Assembly: GCA_965261085.1 (NCBI GenBank)
Contig: OZ253442.1
Coordinates: 768,001 to 832,000, forward strand
Direction of reading: 5' to 3'
Origin: a bacterium
GTDB taxonomy: Bacteria > UBA8248
Length of the DNA stretch: 64,000 nt
Every line of letters begins with the position of its first letter. The first letter of the stretch is position 1. Positions 40,634 to 51,036 of the stretch are shown here, one piece after another. The position numbers and the translations under genes were made by a program. The notes under the pieces were generated by a model. The model did not search any database. It worked only from the letters and a program-made list of their open reading frames with translations, and was not told the DNA's origin.

Positions 40634-41458
40634 CTACTTCTTCTGCGCGGAGATGAGCCTGGCCTGCATGGGCACCTGAATGGTTCCGTCGCGCTCGTAT
40701 TCGCGCAGCATCCCGATGAGCGCTTCCCGTATCTTCTCTCTCGCCTCGGGCGTCTGGGAGTTCAAGCGCGACGCCGTGCGCACGGTGGATTTCTCGAACA
40801 CCTCGATAATCCGGCCCGGTTCTTCCGCCTGCATATAGAGGGTAAATCCCGTGATTTCAGGCGCGGTGAAGCCCGCCTCCTCAAACGCGCGCGCGCATTT
40901 TTCATCATCGTCGGGGAACGGAGCGGGCGGGCCGGCCACGAGGGGGACGCTCGTATCGCCGTGCTCCTGAATGGCCCTCGCCATCAGCGCCCGGTGGCCC
41001 GCGTCGTGCGTCCAGGCGGTGAAGGCGAGTTTCCCCCCGGGTTCCAGCACGCGGGCGGTCTCGGCCAGCGCGACTTCGGGATAGGGGAAGTGCAGGAAGC
41101 CGAAGTTGCTCACCACGGCGCCGAAGCGCTCATCCTCAAAGGGCATATCCTCCGCGTCGCAGTGCCTGAACTCGGCCCCCGGCCAGCGGCGGGAGGCCTC
41201 GGCCACCATGTCGGGGGCGAAATCGACCCCCACCACCGTGCAGCCCCGCATGAGCGCCCCCGCCGAGACGACCCCCGTCCCGCAGGCCAAGTCGAGCAGG
41301 CGCGTTCCGAAGCGCGCGTCCACGGCGTCGAGCAGCGAAGGAACCGCCTGCGCGGTGATGACGCCGAACAGGTCGTTGTATTCCCCCGCGGCGCCGTTCC
41401 AGCCCGAGCGCTCGAACTCGCGGAAGGCTTCCGGGTCGTATGTGGATGTTTCGTTCAT
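40634..41458 (-). CDS. Class I SAM-dependent methyltransferase (UbiE-like)
   Basis: LLDLACGTG, DAEDMPF, RVLEPGG. Confidence 0.88.
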   Translation of the reverse strand: MNETSTYDPEAFREFERSGWNGAAGEYNDLFGVITAQAVPSLLDAVDARFGTRLLDLACGTGVVSAGALMRGCTVVGVDFAPDMVAEASRRWPGAEFRHCDAEDMPFEDERFGAVVSNFGFLHFPYPEVALAETARVLEPGGKLAFTAWTHDAGHRALMARAIQEHGDTSVPLVAGPPAPFPDDDEKCARAFEEAGFTAPEITGFTLYMQAEEPGRIIEVFEKSTVRTASRLNSQTPEAREKIREALIGMLREYERDGTIQVPMQARLISAQKK

Positions 41459-41481
41459 TCGATGTCTCCTAAGGTCTCGCC

Positions 41482-42885
41482 TCACTCAACGCCCCGCGCC
41501 ACCAGGTCCACGCCGTCTGAGCCGATGATCTCACACGTGATGATCTCTCCCGGCTGGCTTTCAGTTTCATGCAGGAATACCTCGCCGTCCACTTCCGGGG
41601 CCTGGAGCCGCGTTCGCCCGCGAAGGATCCCCTCTCCCGTCAGGCCCTCGACGAGCACCTGCGTATGTTGGCCTGTGAGCGCTTGGTTGTCCTCGGTCAT
41701 GATGCGTTCCTGAAGCGCCAGGAGACGCGCCATGCGCTCGCGCGCGAGTTCCACCGGGACCTGATCGGGCAGCCGCGCCGCGATGGAGCGATCCTCGGGC
41801 GAGAAGACGAAGCCGCCCAGCCGGGCGAAGCGCGTCTCTTTCGCGAAGTCGAGCAGGAGTTCGAAATCTTCCTCCGACTCTCCCGGAAAGCCGACGAGCA
41901 TGGTGGTCCTGAGCGCGCAGCCGGGTATTTTCTCCTTGATGCGCGATACGAGTTCGCGTGTACCTTCTTCATCTATACCGCGCCGCATGGCGGCGAGCAC
42001 GGGCGTGGCGACGTGCTGGAGCGGCATGTCGATGTATTCGCACACCTTGGGGAGGTCGCGGTAGGCGTCGAGCAACTCGTCCGTCACCCCGCGCGGGTAG
42101 TTGTAGAGCACGCGAATCCAATCGAGGCCATTCACCTCGTTCAACTCTTCGAGCAGCCGCGCAAGCGAGAAGCCCAGGCCTAAGTCCACCCCGTAGCTCG
42201 TGATCTCCTGCGCGAGAAGGTTCACCTCCCGCACGCCGGCCTCTGCCAGCGCGCTCGCTTCTTCGATGAGCAGATCGAGCGGACGCGAGCGGAACCTGCC
42301 GCGAAATCTGGGAATCACGCAGAACGTGCAAGGCCGCGAGCAGCCCTCGGCGACTTTCAGGTAGGCGCTCGGCCCCGGTTCCGCGAGGATGCGCGGCAGC
42401 CTCCTGCCGTAATCCATCAGCGTGTCGGAGAACGCCTCGCGCGCGCCGCCGCGCTCTCCGCTCAATAGCGCAGGGAGTTGATCGTACTCGCGCGTGCCGA
42501 TGAACAGGTCCACCTCGGGCAGCCCCTGGGCGAGTTCTCCCCGGTAGCGCTCGGCCAGACAGCCCGCCACCACCAGGGTTTCGAGATCGCCCGCTTCTTT
42601 GAGTTGGGCGACTTCCAGAATCGTGTCGATGGATTCTCGCTTCGCATCCTCAATGAAGCCGCACGTGTTGATGATGGCGACTTGCGCGTCCTCGGCCTCG
42701 CTCACGAGCCGGTATCCTGCGCCCGCGAGAGCCGCGAGCATGATTTCCGAATCCACCGTGTTCTTGGCGCAGCCGAGCGATATGAGCGCGGCGCTGGGCG
42801 CTTCCGGCCCCAGGGGAACGGGCGCGTCGCGCCGCACGAGGGGCATCTCGGAGACGGGCTTGATTTGAAGGAGACTCTCGCTCAT
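41482..42885 (-). CDS. rimO: Ribosomal protein S12 methylthiotransferase
   Basis: SLGCAKNTVDSE, INTCGFI, CSRPCTFC, PLQH, TRAM domain QAPEVDG. Confidence 0.95.
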   Translation of the reverse strand: MSESLLQIKPVSEMPLVRRDAPVPLGPEAPSAALISLGCAKNTVDSEIMLAALAGAGYRLVSEAEDAQVAIINTCGFIEDAKRESIDTILEVAQLKEAGDLETLVVAGCLAERYRGELAQGLPEVDLFIGTREYDQLPALLSGERGGAREAFSDTLMDYGRRLPRILAEPGPSAYLKVAEGCSRPCTFCVIPRFRGRFRSRPLDLLIEEASALAEAGVREVNLLAQEITSYGVDLGLGFSLARLLEELNEVNGLDWIRVLYNYPRGVTDELLDAYRDLPKVCEYIDMPLQHVATPVLAAMRRGIDEEGTRELVSRIKEKIPGCALRTTMLVGFPGESEEDFELLLDFAKETRFARLGGFVFSPEDRSIAARLPDQVPVELARERMARLLALQERIMTEDNQALTGQHTQVLVEGLTGEGILRGRTRLQAPEVDGEVFLHETESQPGEIITCEIIGSDGVDLVARGVE

Positions 42886-44207
42886 CGCGCGGCCTCAGCC
42901 TTAGAGGCTTTGGGGTCTAAGTGCCATTCCTCCTTGGGGCGGTTGAAATAGCGGATGGCCACATCGGGCAGTTCCTGGCGATAGATATCCAGAGCCCGCA
43001 CCATGCCCATGGCCTCTCCCATGTCTTCGATATCGGGCAGGGTTTCGAGATAGAGCGCGGGGTCGATGCAGAGGTTTTTCATCTGGATAACGTGCAGGCC
43101 CGTACGCCCGGCGAAGTCGAGCATCGCCTCGACCTCGGTTTCCATATCCGTGACGCCGGGGAAGACCAGATAGTTGATCTGCGTGTAAAGGCCTGCGTCG
43201 ACGGAAGCTTTGACGCAATCCTCTACGTGGGAGAAATCATACGTCTCGGGACGGTAATAGGCGTGGTGCCATTCGGGCGTCACGCTGTTCGTGCTGATGC
43301 GTATGCTCTCGAGACCGGCTGCTGCGAGACGCTCCATCCACTCGGGCCGGCTGCCGTTCGTGTTCAGGTGGAGGGTGCCGCGGGGCGTGCGCTCGCGCAT
43401 GAGGCGGCAGGCGCGCTCGATGACGCCCGCCTGAAGCAGCGGCTCGCCCTCGCATCCCTGGCCGAAGCTCGCGATGGCCATCTCCGCGCTATCGAGATGG
43501 GGTACGGCGATATCGCAAAGTTCCTCGGGCGTCGGGACAATCTCGATGCGCTGGTGGCTCGCCGGGAAGAGGTCGTCCGTCTGGAGCGATATGCACCCCC
43601 GGCAATCCGCGTTGCAAAGCGGAGCGATGGGCAGACCCATCTCCCAGCGGCGGGCGAAGAAGTTTTTCGCCGCAAAACAGTGGAACTCACGCGCGCAGCG
43701 CGCGAGATGGGGGATCATCCGGTTTTTGGGGTGGGCTTCGCGTATCTGCTCGATTCGCTCGGTGAGGCCCGTGTCGTCGTATTCCTCGGGCTCCCAGCGC
43801 GGGCAGTCATCCACCCGCACGGCGGCGCATACGAATTCGCCGCTTTCCTCATCGAAGCCCAGCGCGGTGTAGGCCCACAGGGGGAGCGCCTGCGCGCCGG
43901 GTTCTCTCTCGGCGAAGGGGAGCAGGGTGCGCATCCACCCAGGCGAGGGAAACGTGCAGGCGGCCTGTAAGGCGGCTGCGCCATCGCCCCAGTCCGCTTC
44001 TTCCACGCTTACGAGCGCGTCTTCTTGCGCGTCGCCGCCCACGGGAATGCTGCCCGGGATGGTGAAGAACTTGCTCCCACCAGGGAGGGGAGAGAGTTCC
44101 TCGGGCTCCGGCGCCACGGGTTCGGCCCCTTGCGCGCCCACCATCTCGAGTTCGGGGTGTTCGAACAGGTTGCCCTCGCCGTCGGCGACCACCATCAATG
44201 GGGACAA
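42882..44207 (-). CDS. Radical SAM protein of unknown function
   Basis: CNADCRGC, SFGQGCEGEP, LNTNGS; stop overlaps rimO start; start uncertain (TTG 44207 after AGGAG). Confidence 0.88.
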   Translation of the reverse strand: MSPLMVVADGEGNLFEHPELEMVGAQGAEPVAPEPEELSPLPGGSKFFTIPGSIPVGGDAQEDALVSVEEADWGDGAAALQAACTFPSPGWMRTLLPFAEREPGAQALPLWAYTALGFDEESGEFVCAAVRVDDCPRWEPEEYDDTGLTERIEQIREAHPKNRMIPHLARCAREFHCFAAKNFFARRWEMGLPIAPLCNADCRGCISLQTDDLFPASHQRIEIVPTPEELCDIAVPHLDSAEMAIASFGQGCEGEPLLQAGVIERACRLMRERTPRGTLHLNTNGSRPEWMERLAAAGLESIRISTNSVTPEWHHAYYRPETYDFSHVEDCVKASVDAGLYTQINYLVFPGVTDMETEVEAMLDFAGRTGLHVIQMKNLCIDPALYLETLPDIEDMGEAMGMVRALDIYRQELPDVAIRYFNRPKEEWHLDPKASKAEAAR

Positions 44208-44438
44208 GGTTTTCCGTCTCCTGAAAATAGGGTGGTTCGCTACCATCCCGACTCTTTTGAGGTAAGGCCTCGCGAACCCGTGGGGCATAACCTAGCAGAA
44301 TTCGGCCTCTCATCGCCAGCTTGCGGCCCTTGCCAGCGGCACCGGGTTTCGCAATACTTGAATCCTCTCCCCATTCATGAGATGGGGATTTCTCTTTCAA
44401 AGACAAATCGCGATTGCGCGAGACGGAGGTGCGCCCAG

Positions 44439-45269
44439 GTGAGCCCGGAAGAATACCTCTCTCGAGTCTCTTTGGTGAAATCGGAAACCGAGCGCCTCTC
44501 TGCGTACTGGCGAAGTTTTTCGGAAGCGCGCTGGGAGGTGGATACGTTCTGCCCCGGCTGGCGGGCGTGTCACGCCGTCTCCCACTTGGCGACGGGGGGC
44601 GAATTTTACGCGAACTCGGTTCGCCGGGCGCTGGAGGGCCTGCCGCCCGAGCCGCCCTACGGAAGCAACGTGAAGGAGTTTTTCGCCATCCGCGGCGCCA
44701 GGGGCGAGGAACTCATGGCCCTGCCCAGGGAGGAGATGATGGATGCGTTCGACGCCTCGGCCTCCAGCGTGAACGACGCGCTTGCAGACATCACTGAGGG
44801 CGACCTCGGCAAGCTCGGCTTTCACCCCCGGGGACTCACGCGGATCGACGCCTGGATCGGGCTGCGTCTCGTCGAGTTGGCGCTGCACGACTGGGACATC
44901 CGCTACGGCGAAGACGCCGAAGCCTGCGTCTCCTTGGAGGGCGTGGAGGGGGTCATGACCTTTCTGCCCTCGACTCAGAGCCGCCTTTTCGGCGTCCGCG
45001 AGAACCCGCCCTTCGATGGCCGCTTTCTGTTCTGCTCGGCCGATCCCGATCGCGAGTGGACGCTTACCGTCGCCGGCGAGAAGGCGGAAAATATCGCCGA
45101 CGTTTCGGGCGCGCACGACGCCACAATCACCGCGGACGGCGAGGCGCACCTGCTATTGCTCTACGGGCGCGCGAAGCGCGGGGAGGCGGAGGCTTCCGGC
45201 CGCCTGACAATCGAAGGAGACGGGGAGTTGGCGAACGAACTCCTGTGCGTTTTGTATGCGAATTATTAG
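44439..45269 (+). CDS. Maleylpyruvate-isomerase N-terminal (DinB-like) + SCP2-like protein
   Basis: TFCPGW...VSHL, ELALHDWDI, C-terminal GRLTIEGD. Confidence 0.8.
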   Translation: MSPEEYLSRVSLVKSETERLSAYWRSFSEARWEVDTFCPGWRACHAVSHLATGGEFYANSVRRALEGLPPEPPYGSNVKEFFAIRGARGEELMALPREEMMDAFDASASSVNDALADITEGDLGKLGFHPRGLTRIDAWIGLRLVELALHDWDIRYGEDAEACVSLEGVEGVMTFLPSTQSRLFGVRENPPFDGRFLFCSADPDREWTLTVAGEKAENIADVSGAHDATITADGEAHLLLLYGRAKRGEAEASGRLTIEGDGELANELLCVLYANY

Positions 45270-45292
45270 TTCCAAGAGGAGAAGCAACCCCC

Positions 45293-46186
45293 ATGTCGCC
45301 AATCACGACAGTCGATGGATACGTCTATTATCCCGGCAGCAAGACGCGCATCGGCGCCATGCGCCCGGCCGATCCGGCAAAAACGCCTTGGACGCCGCTG
45401 GGAAAACCGCTATCAGAATGCAAGGTCACCCTCGTCTCCACGGCGGGCATATTCATGAACGGTGACGTTTCATTCGATTACGAGCGCGAGTGGCGCGAGC
45501 CGCACTGGGGGGATCCCACCCACCGTGAGATTCCAAAAACGGCCGCTCAGGATGATTGTGAATACTCGCACTTACACATCAACACCGAGTATCTAAAAAA
45601 AGACAGGAACGTCTCGTTTCCGGTGGATATCTTCCTGGACTACGAACGCGAGGGAAAAATCGGCGCGCTGGCCGACACCCTCTACTCCACGATGGGCTAT
45701 ACGCCCAACTTCCACCCCCTGATGAAGAAGACCGCCCCCCTGATGGCCGAGAAGATGCACGCAGAGGGCGTGGACGCGGCCTTGCTCATCCCCGTCTGAC
45801 CGCTTTGCATGCGGTCCGTGAGCCTGCTGCAAAGAAGATTGGAAGAGTTGGGAATCGCCACCGTCTCGATATGCAACCAGCCCGAGGTGTCGGAGAAGGT
45901 CTGCGTGCCGAGGGCGGTCTTCATCCAGTATCCCTACGGGCGCATGCTGGGAGACGTGGGCGACAGAGAAGGCCAGCGCGCGGTTTGCGACGACATGTGC
46001 GCGCATCTGGAAGTAGCAGATGGCCCGAACGCCTACCGCCACCTCTCTCACGAGTGGCCCGAACCGCCCGATGAGACCCAGTGGAAGCCGCTCACGCCTG
46101 CGCCCATGCACGTGCTTCGCAACAACGGCACGGCGCCCAAGGGGCTGGGGCACTATCAGGATGAGGAACGGCCCGATCTGGACTAG
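45293..46186 (+). CDS. PrdB/GrdB-like reductase selenoprotein B (Sec at TGA 45797-45799)
   Basis: PWTPLGKPLSECKVTLVSTAG, GDPTHREIP, GVDAALLIPV-U-PLC, in-frame continuation LEELGIATVS...VPRA...YPYG; SECIS-like hairpin. Confidence 0.88.
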
Positions 46187-46294
46187 GAGGCTCGCCGTGA
46201 TTCCGGTGCGGGCGATGGCGTAGGGACAGGTCGCGACCTGTCCCTACGGACTCCCCTCTTATGGGTCGTGGCCGACACACGAGGGAGAAGAACG

Positions 46295-46504
46295 ACTCCC
46301 CCCTTGAGGGGGAGTCGCAGAAGCCGAGCTTTTTTGACGAAGGCTGATGCGTGGGGGGTCAATTTCGAGCGAAGAGCGAGAAATTGCTAACCGATTCTTT
46401 CCTCACCCGCCTGCAATCGCTCCTTTATCAGTCGCTATTCACCCCCCACCGGTTCGCTTGCGGGCTTCGCCCTTACCTCACCGACTCCCCCTCAAGGGGG
46501 GAGT
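46295..46504. repeat. Palindromic REP/MITE-like element (ACTCCCCCCTTGAGGGGGAGTCG...CGACTCCCCCTCAAGGGGGGAGT)
   Basis: 23-bp terminal inverted repeats; second copy 52198-52346, partial copy about 5585-5721. Confidence 0.85.
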
Positions 46505-46535
46505 AATTTTAAGAGCGCGCTTTTTCCGAATCGAT

Positions 46536-46871
46536 CTAGAACAGCCGCCCGCCGGTGACGGCGCTTTTATCGTCAGGCGAGATGAGCACCACCTCGCCAC
46601 TTTCGTCGGGCACGCCGAGTGTCAGGACTTCCGAGATGAAGGGGCCGATCTGCCTCGGCGGAAAATTCACCACGCCGAGCACGAGCTTTCCCTCGAGTTC
46701 TTCTTTCGTATAGAGCGCGACGAGTTGGGCGGATGATTTCTTGACCCCTATTTCATCGCCGAAATCGATCTTGAGCTTATAAGCGGGTTTTCTCGCCTCG
46801 GGGAAATCCGCGACTTCGATGACGCGCCCGAGGCGGATGTCCAGCTTGTCGAAATCCTCCATCGTCGCCAC
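46536..46871 (-). CDS. csaA: tRNA-binding protein / chaperone CsaA
   Basis: DFDKLDIRLG, FPEARKPAYKL, SSAQ, VVNFPPRQIG, SEVLTLG. Confidence 0.93.
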   Translation of the reverse strand: MATMEDFDKLDIRLGRVIEVADFPEARKPAYKLKIDFGDEIGVKKSSAQLVALYTKEELEGKLVLGVVNFPPRQIGPFISEVLTLGVPDESGEVVLISPDDKSAVTGGRLF

Positions 46872-46923
46872 TTCGGTCTTTCTCCTTGATTATCATGACC
46901 GGCTCGCACCGGAATGAATATCC

Positions 46924-47820
46924 CTAGTCTATCGGCTCGCCCTCTGTTTTTTCCATCTCCAGAATATCGGAGCGCAGCTTTTTCGTGATCGGGCCGGGTG
47001 CTGGGATGGGGCGTCCGTCCACCTCGGCCACCGCGTGCACCCGGCTGAAGGATGAGGTGAGAAAACACTCATCCGCCGTGTAGAGGTCATAGAGCGTAAG
47101 GTCCGCCTCTTCTGCCGGAATCCCCGCCTCGGCGGCGATTTCGAGCACGACTTTTCTGGTGATGCCTTCGAGCACGTTGTGGGCGTTGGGCGTTCTTAAG
47201 ACGCCGCCTTTCACGACGAAGACGTTCTCCCCCGGGGCCTCCGCCACGAAGCCGCGCACGTCGAGGAGAATCGCCTCATCGAATCCCGATTCGACGGCTT
47301 CAATTCTCGCCATCACGTTATTCAGATAATTGAGCGATTTCACGCGCGCCTCGAAGGACTCGGAAGGCGCCTTGCGAACGCCCGCCGTCTTGAGCCTTAA
47401 GCCCGCACCCTTCGCCTTGTAGCTCGAACCCGTCTCGGGCGGCGGCGCAGGGTCGTGCAGGAGCACGGCGATCGTCGCCTTATCCACTACCCTGGGATCC
47501 AGCAGGGGATAGCCCGCCCCCCGCGAGATGACGACGCGCAGGTAGACGTCGTTCACGCCGGATTTTCTCACGCATTCCTTCACGATCTCGGCGATTCGCT
47601 CGCGCGATTCGGGGAGTTCGAGCTTGAGCGCCCGCGCCGAGCGCTCCATGCGGTCGAGATGGTCGCGGAACCTGAAGATGCGCCGGTTCGCTACCGTCAT
47701 GGACTCGAAAAGACCGTCCCCGTAGAGGAAACCGTGGTCGAAGGCGGAGATTTTGGCTTCTTCGGCTACGACGTATTCGCCGTTCACGTAGCAGATATAA
47801 GACGCGCTTTTTTCATCCAT
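46924..47820 (-). CDS. ilvE: Class IV (branched-chain) aminotransferase
   Basis: DHGFLYGDGLFE, KSLNYLNN, EAPGENVF, LEGITR. Confidence 0.85.
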   Translation of the reverse strand: MDEKSASYICYVNGEYVVAEEAKISAFDHGFLYGDGLFESMTVANRRIFRFRDHLDRMERSARALKLELPESRERIAEIVKECVRKSGVNDVYLRVVISRGAGYPLLDPRVVDKATIAVLLHDPAPPPETGSSYKAKGAGLRLKTAGVRKAPSESFEARVKSLNYLNNVMARIEAVESGFDEAILLDVRGFVAEAPGENVFVVKGGVLRTPNAHNVLEGITRKVVLEIAAEAGIPAEEADLTLYDLYTADECFLTSSFSRVHAVAEVDGRPIPAPGPITKKLRSDILEMEKTEGEPID

Positions 47821-48719
47821 TATTCAGGGCTCGTTTTCGCAATTTCCAGAATGGCGGAGGCGAAGACCTCCGGCTTCTCGCGCTGGGCGAAGTGCCCGGC
47901 CCCTTCCACCAGAATCCTCCGGTACCCGCCTGTGAAATGCTGCTCCTTGCCCTCAGAACTCTCGGGCCGCGACGCCCCGTCCTCCGCGCCTTGCATAAGA
48001 ATCGTCGGCGTCGATATGGCGGGCAGGCCGCGCATGAAACTCTCCGCGTCATCATACTTTGGGTCGGGTTTTTCGTATCCCCAGCGGTAGCGGTAGGAGT
48101 GCATGACGATATCCACGAAATCGGGATTCAAAAAAGACTGCGCCGTCGCCTCGAATTCAGCGTCCGGAAAATTCCACCCCGGCGACCACGTCCGCCAGAG
48201 TTCACGGCAAAAACCGGCGGCGTCCGCACCTAGCGCCTCACGTCCGCGCTCCGTGCAGAAAAACCATTGGTACCAGTACGCGCGCACCTGATCGACGGAC
48301 ATCCGCTGCTGGGGGCGTCCCGTGCCGTAGCCCGCAGGGCTCACGATGAGGGCGTTCAGCCGCTTGGGATACATGGCGGCGATAGTATAGGAAGCGCGCG
48401 CGCCCCAGTCGTGCCCCACGAGCGTGAATTGCTCGATACCCAGCGCGTCGGCGAAAGCCGTGATGTCGGAGGCTATCGCGGTGTACTGGGCGCTTCTGGG
48501 CGTTGCGGGGTCCAGAAAGCGCGTCGGTCCGTAGCCGCGCACGTAGGGGCAAAGCGTCCTCAAGCCAGAATCGTTCAGGATGGGGACGACCCGATCCCAC
48601 GTTTTCGCGTCGTCTGGAAAGCCGTGGACGAGGATGACGGGCGGCGCCGTTTCATCGCCCGCCTCCAGATAGCCGATTTCGAGCGCGGGGGTTCTGAGCG
48701 ATTTGAGCGCGCCTGGCAT
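47820..48719 (-). CDS. Alpha/beta hydrolase (epoxide-hydrolase-like)
   Basis: HGFPD, GHDWGA, GAGHF. Confidence 0.9.
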   Translation of the reverse strand: MPGALKSLRTPALEIGYLEAGDETAPPVILVHGFPDDAKTWDRVVPILNDSGLRTLCPYVRGYGPTRFLDPATPRSAQYTAIASDITAFADALGIEQFTLVGHDWGARASYTIAAMYPKRLNALIVSPAGYGTGRPQQRMSVDQVRAYWYQWFFCTERGREALGADAAGFCRELWRTWSPGWNFPDAEFEATAQSFLNPDFVDIVMHSYRYRWGYEKPDPKYDDAESFMRGLPAISTPTILMQGAEDGASRPESSEGKEQHFTGGYRRILVEGAGHFAQREKPEVFASAILEIAKTSPE

Positions 48720-48739
48720 CGCGGTTTATCAGTCTCGGC

Positions 48740-49483
48740 TTAAATCGCGCACCAGCCGTCGTCCACGATCAGGTCGAGGCCGTGCACCGCGCTCGCATCG
48801 TCAGAGGCCAGGAACACCGCCGCCCCCGCCATCTCCGCCGTCGATATGTAGGCCCGGCCCGTGGGCGTGTAGCTCGCCATGAGTTTTACGAATTCGGGGT
48901 CGTCCTGTAGGTGCTGGTTGAGCGGCGTGGCCGTGTTGCCCGGCGAGATGCAGTTCACGTTGATGCCGCACTTGGAAATCTCCGCCGCCAGGGCGCGCGT
49001 GATCATGTAGACCCCGCCCTTGCTCGCGCAGTAGGGCACCGCGTTGGGAAAGGCGTGCGTGGCGGCGATGGAGGCGACGAAGACGATTTTTCCGTACTTC
49101 TTCTCTTTCATGATTGGCACGATGGCCTGGGAAAGCAGGAAGTTGCCCTTGAGATTGATGTCGATGGTGTCGTCCCACTCCTGCTCGCTGTAGTTCTCGA
49201 GTTCCTTGTTGATCATGATGCCGGCGCTTCCGACGAGGATGTCCACCGTGCCGAACGTGGCGACCACGTCCGCGACCATGGCGTCCACGGCCGCCTTGTT
49301 CGATACGTCGCAGGGAAACGCCTTCGCCGCATCTCCGATCTCGGCGGCGAGCGCTTCTCCTTTTTCCGCCGTGCGGTTCACGATGGCGACCTTGGCGCCC
49401 TCTTCCGCGAAGCGGCGGCAGACGGCCTCGCCGATTCCCTGCGAGCCGCCCGTGACGATGGCGACCTTGTTCTCAAGCTTCAT
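48740..49483 (-). CDS. Short-chain dehydrogenase/reductase
   Basis: TGGSQGIG, YCASK, VNCISPG. Confidence 0.93.
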   Translation of the reverse strand: MKLENKVAIVTGGSQGIGEAVCRRFAEEGAKVAIVNRTAEKGEALAAEIGDAAKAFPCDVSNKAAVDAMVADVVATFGTVDILVGSAGIMINKELENYSEQEWDDTIDINLKGNFLLSQAIVPIMKEKKYGKIVFVASIAATHAFPNAVPYCASKGGVYMITRALAAEISKCGINVNCISPGNTATPLNQHLQDDPEFVKLMASYTPTGRAYISTAEMAGAAVFLASDDASAVHGLDLIVDDGWCAI

Positions 49484-49631
49484 GGGTATTTCCTCCCTGC
49501 GGCGCTTTCGAGTCGTCCCGAATGCGAAAAGTCCGTGTTGACGATTACGTTTCGATTTTTGCGGGCATGATACCGCCCTTTGGTGTTAGGGGGAAGTGGG
49601 GAGGGTGAGCAGGGCCGCGCGATGAATTTCC

Positions 49632-49774
49632 CCGTCATTCCGGCGAAAGCCGGAATCCAGAGCGGAAGGGAATGGATGAAGACGAGGGTTTGGTGCTCCG
49701 GCGTGGGATACAGGATTCCTTAGACTTTGGGTTCTCTCATCGGTTCTGGATTCCGGTTTTCGCCGGAATGACGG
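49632..49774. repeat. REP-like inverted pair (GTCATTCCGGCGAAAGCCGGAATCCAG...CTGGATTCCGGTTTTCGCCGGAATGAC)
   Basis: Near-perfect inverted repeat; partial copies near 51404 and 52173. Confidence 0.85.
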
Positions 49775-50095
49775 CTGAAGAAAGGATTGACGATTTTAAG
49801 TGGCGGTCCTTCCGCGGGGCCGCCCCACGCGTATATGCGCCCTAGCCAGAGAGGCAATCCGGTACAGAATGTTATGAATGTCCTCAGATAGCGGGGATGA
49901 GTTATTTTTCAATGCCACAGCCTAGATTGCGCCATTATATTACATAATTCAAGGTAAATATGATATGTTATATCCGTAAATAAACTTAAATAGTTATTAA
50001 TTATACCCTATAATGCCATTGAATGTCTTATATAAAAGAAGTAGATTTGTTTTCAGTATAGAGGTTCCTGTTATTTAAATATAGGGGTTATCGCA

Positions 50096-51004
50096 ATGAA
50101 AATAATTCCAGAGACGCTAAAGCATTGGCGCAAGAAAAGGGGATTCAGTCAACAAAAGCTGGCGGAGGAAGCGAACATCGATCAAAAGACCGTTGCCCGA
50201 ATAGAAGTCGGCAAAGGAGGTGAGGCGAGAGGAGATACGGTAAAGCGAATCGCCAACGCCCTCCGCATCAAGCCCGAAACTTTGGGTCGGGAGCCCGACT
50301 CCGAAACGACCAACGAGGCAGAATCCCGAAAATTCGGATTGGGCGTGTTCAACCGTAGGCTTCGTCTCGATGGGGAGGTGTTGATTTCCTACGATCTGGT
50401 GGAAGAGCATTACGGAGTTGGTATGCAGAAGCTTATTGATGTGGCGCCGATGCTTTTCACCCTTCTCGCCGAGATGAGTCTCAATGTGCGTCGCCGTCGG
50501 GCCGAGGAGGCGGAGGAGGCCATAGACGCCTTCAACCGAATCCGACCGGAGCATATGGGGGGGCGTAGTTGGGACGACTATCATGAAAAAATCTCCATAG
50601 CGAAGAGAGACCTGTTCGCACGCTCCATAGACTGGATGGAAGTGAACCAGTTTTATTATGAGGAAGAGCGAAACCCCTTTTCTGATTTTCTGACCCAGTT
50701 GGCGGAAGAACTGGGGTCCGATAACGACGCGATCGATCCCGAAGAAATCCATTTCGATCCCGATACATTTTTCGACCACGTCCCTCTTTTCAAGTCATAC
50801 CGGAAAACTCTCACAGGTGAATCTAGCCGCGCTCACTTCGCTCTTACCCGCGGGTATGTACGTCTCGGGCAAATCCAAGAAGAACTTCGCGGCGAGGAGG
50901 AAGATGTAACTTCCGAGCGTGTGAAGTGTCTAGAGGCGAAAGTGCCCGATGAAGACTGGAATGAATATAAAAATTGGCTGGATTCCTTGAATCTTTCTCT
51001 TTGA
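50096..51004 (+). CDS. XRE/Cro-C1 HTH protein with uncharacterised acidic C-terminal domain
   Basis: LKHWRKKRGFSQQKLAEEANIDQKTVARIE. Confidence 0.85.
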   Translation: MKIIPETLKHWRKKRGFSQQKLAEEANIDQKTVARIEVGKGGEARGDTVKRIANALRIKPETLGREPDSETTNEAESRKFGLGVFNRRLRLDGEVLISYDLVEEHYGVGMQKLIDVAPMLFTLLAEMSLNVRRRRAEEAEEAIDAFNRIRPEHMGGRSWDDYHEKISIAKRDLFARSIDWMEVNQFYYEEERNPFSDFLTQLAEELGSDNDAIDPEEIHFDPDTFFDHVPLFKSYRKTLTGESSRAHFALTRGYVRLGQIQEELRGEEEDVTSERVKCLEAKVPDEDWNEYKNWLDSLNLSL

Positions 51005-51036
51005 TGTCAACGAATTGTCCAAGAAGGGAGACGAAA

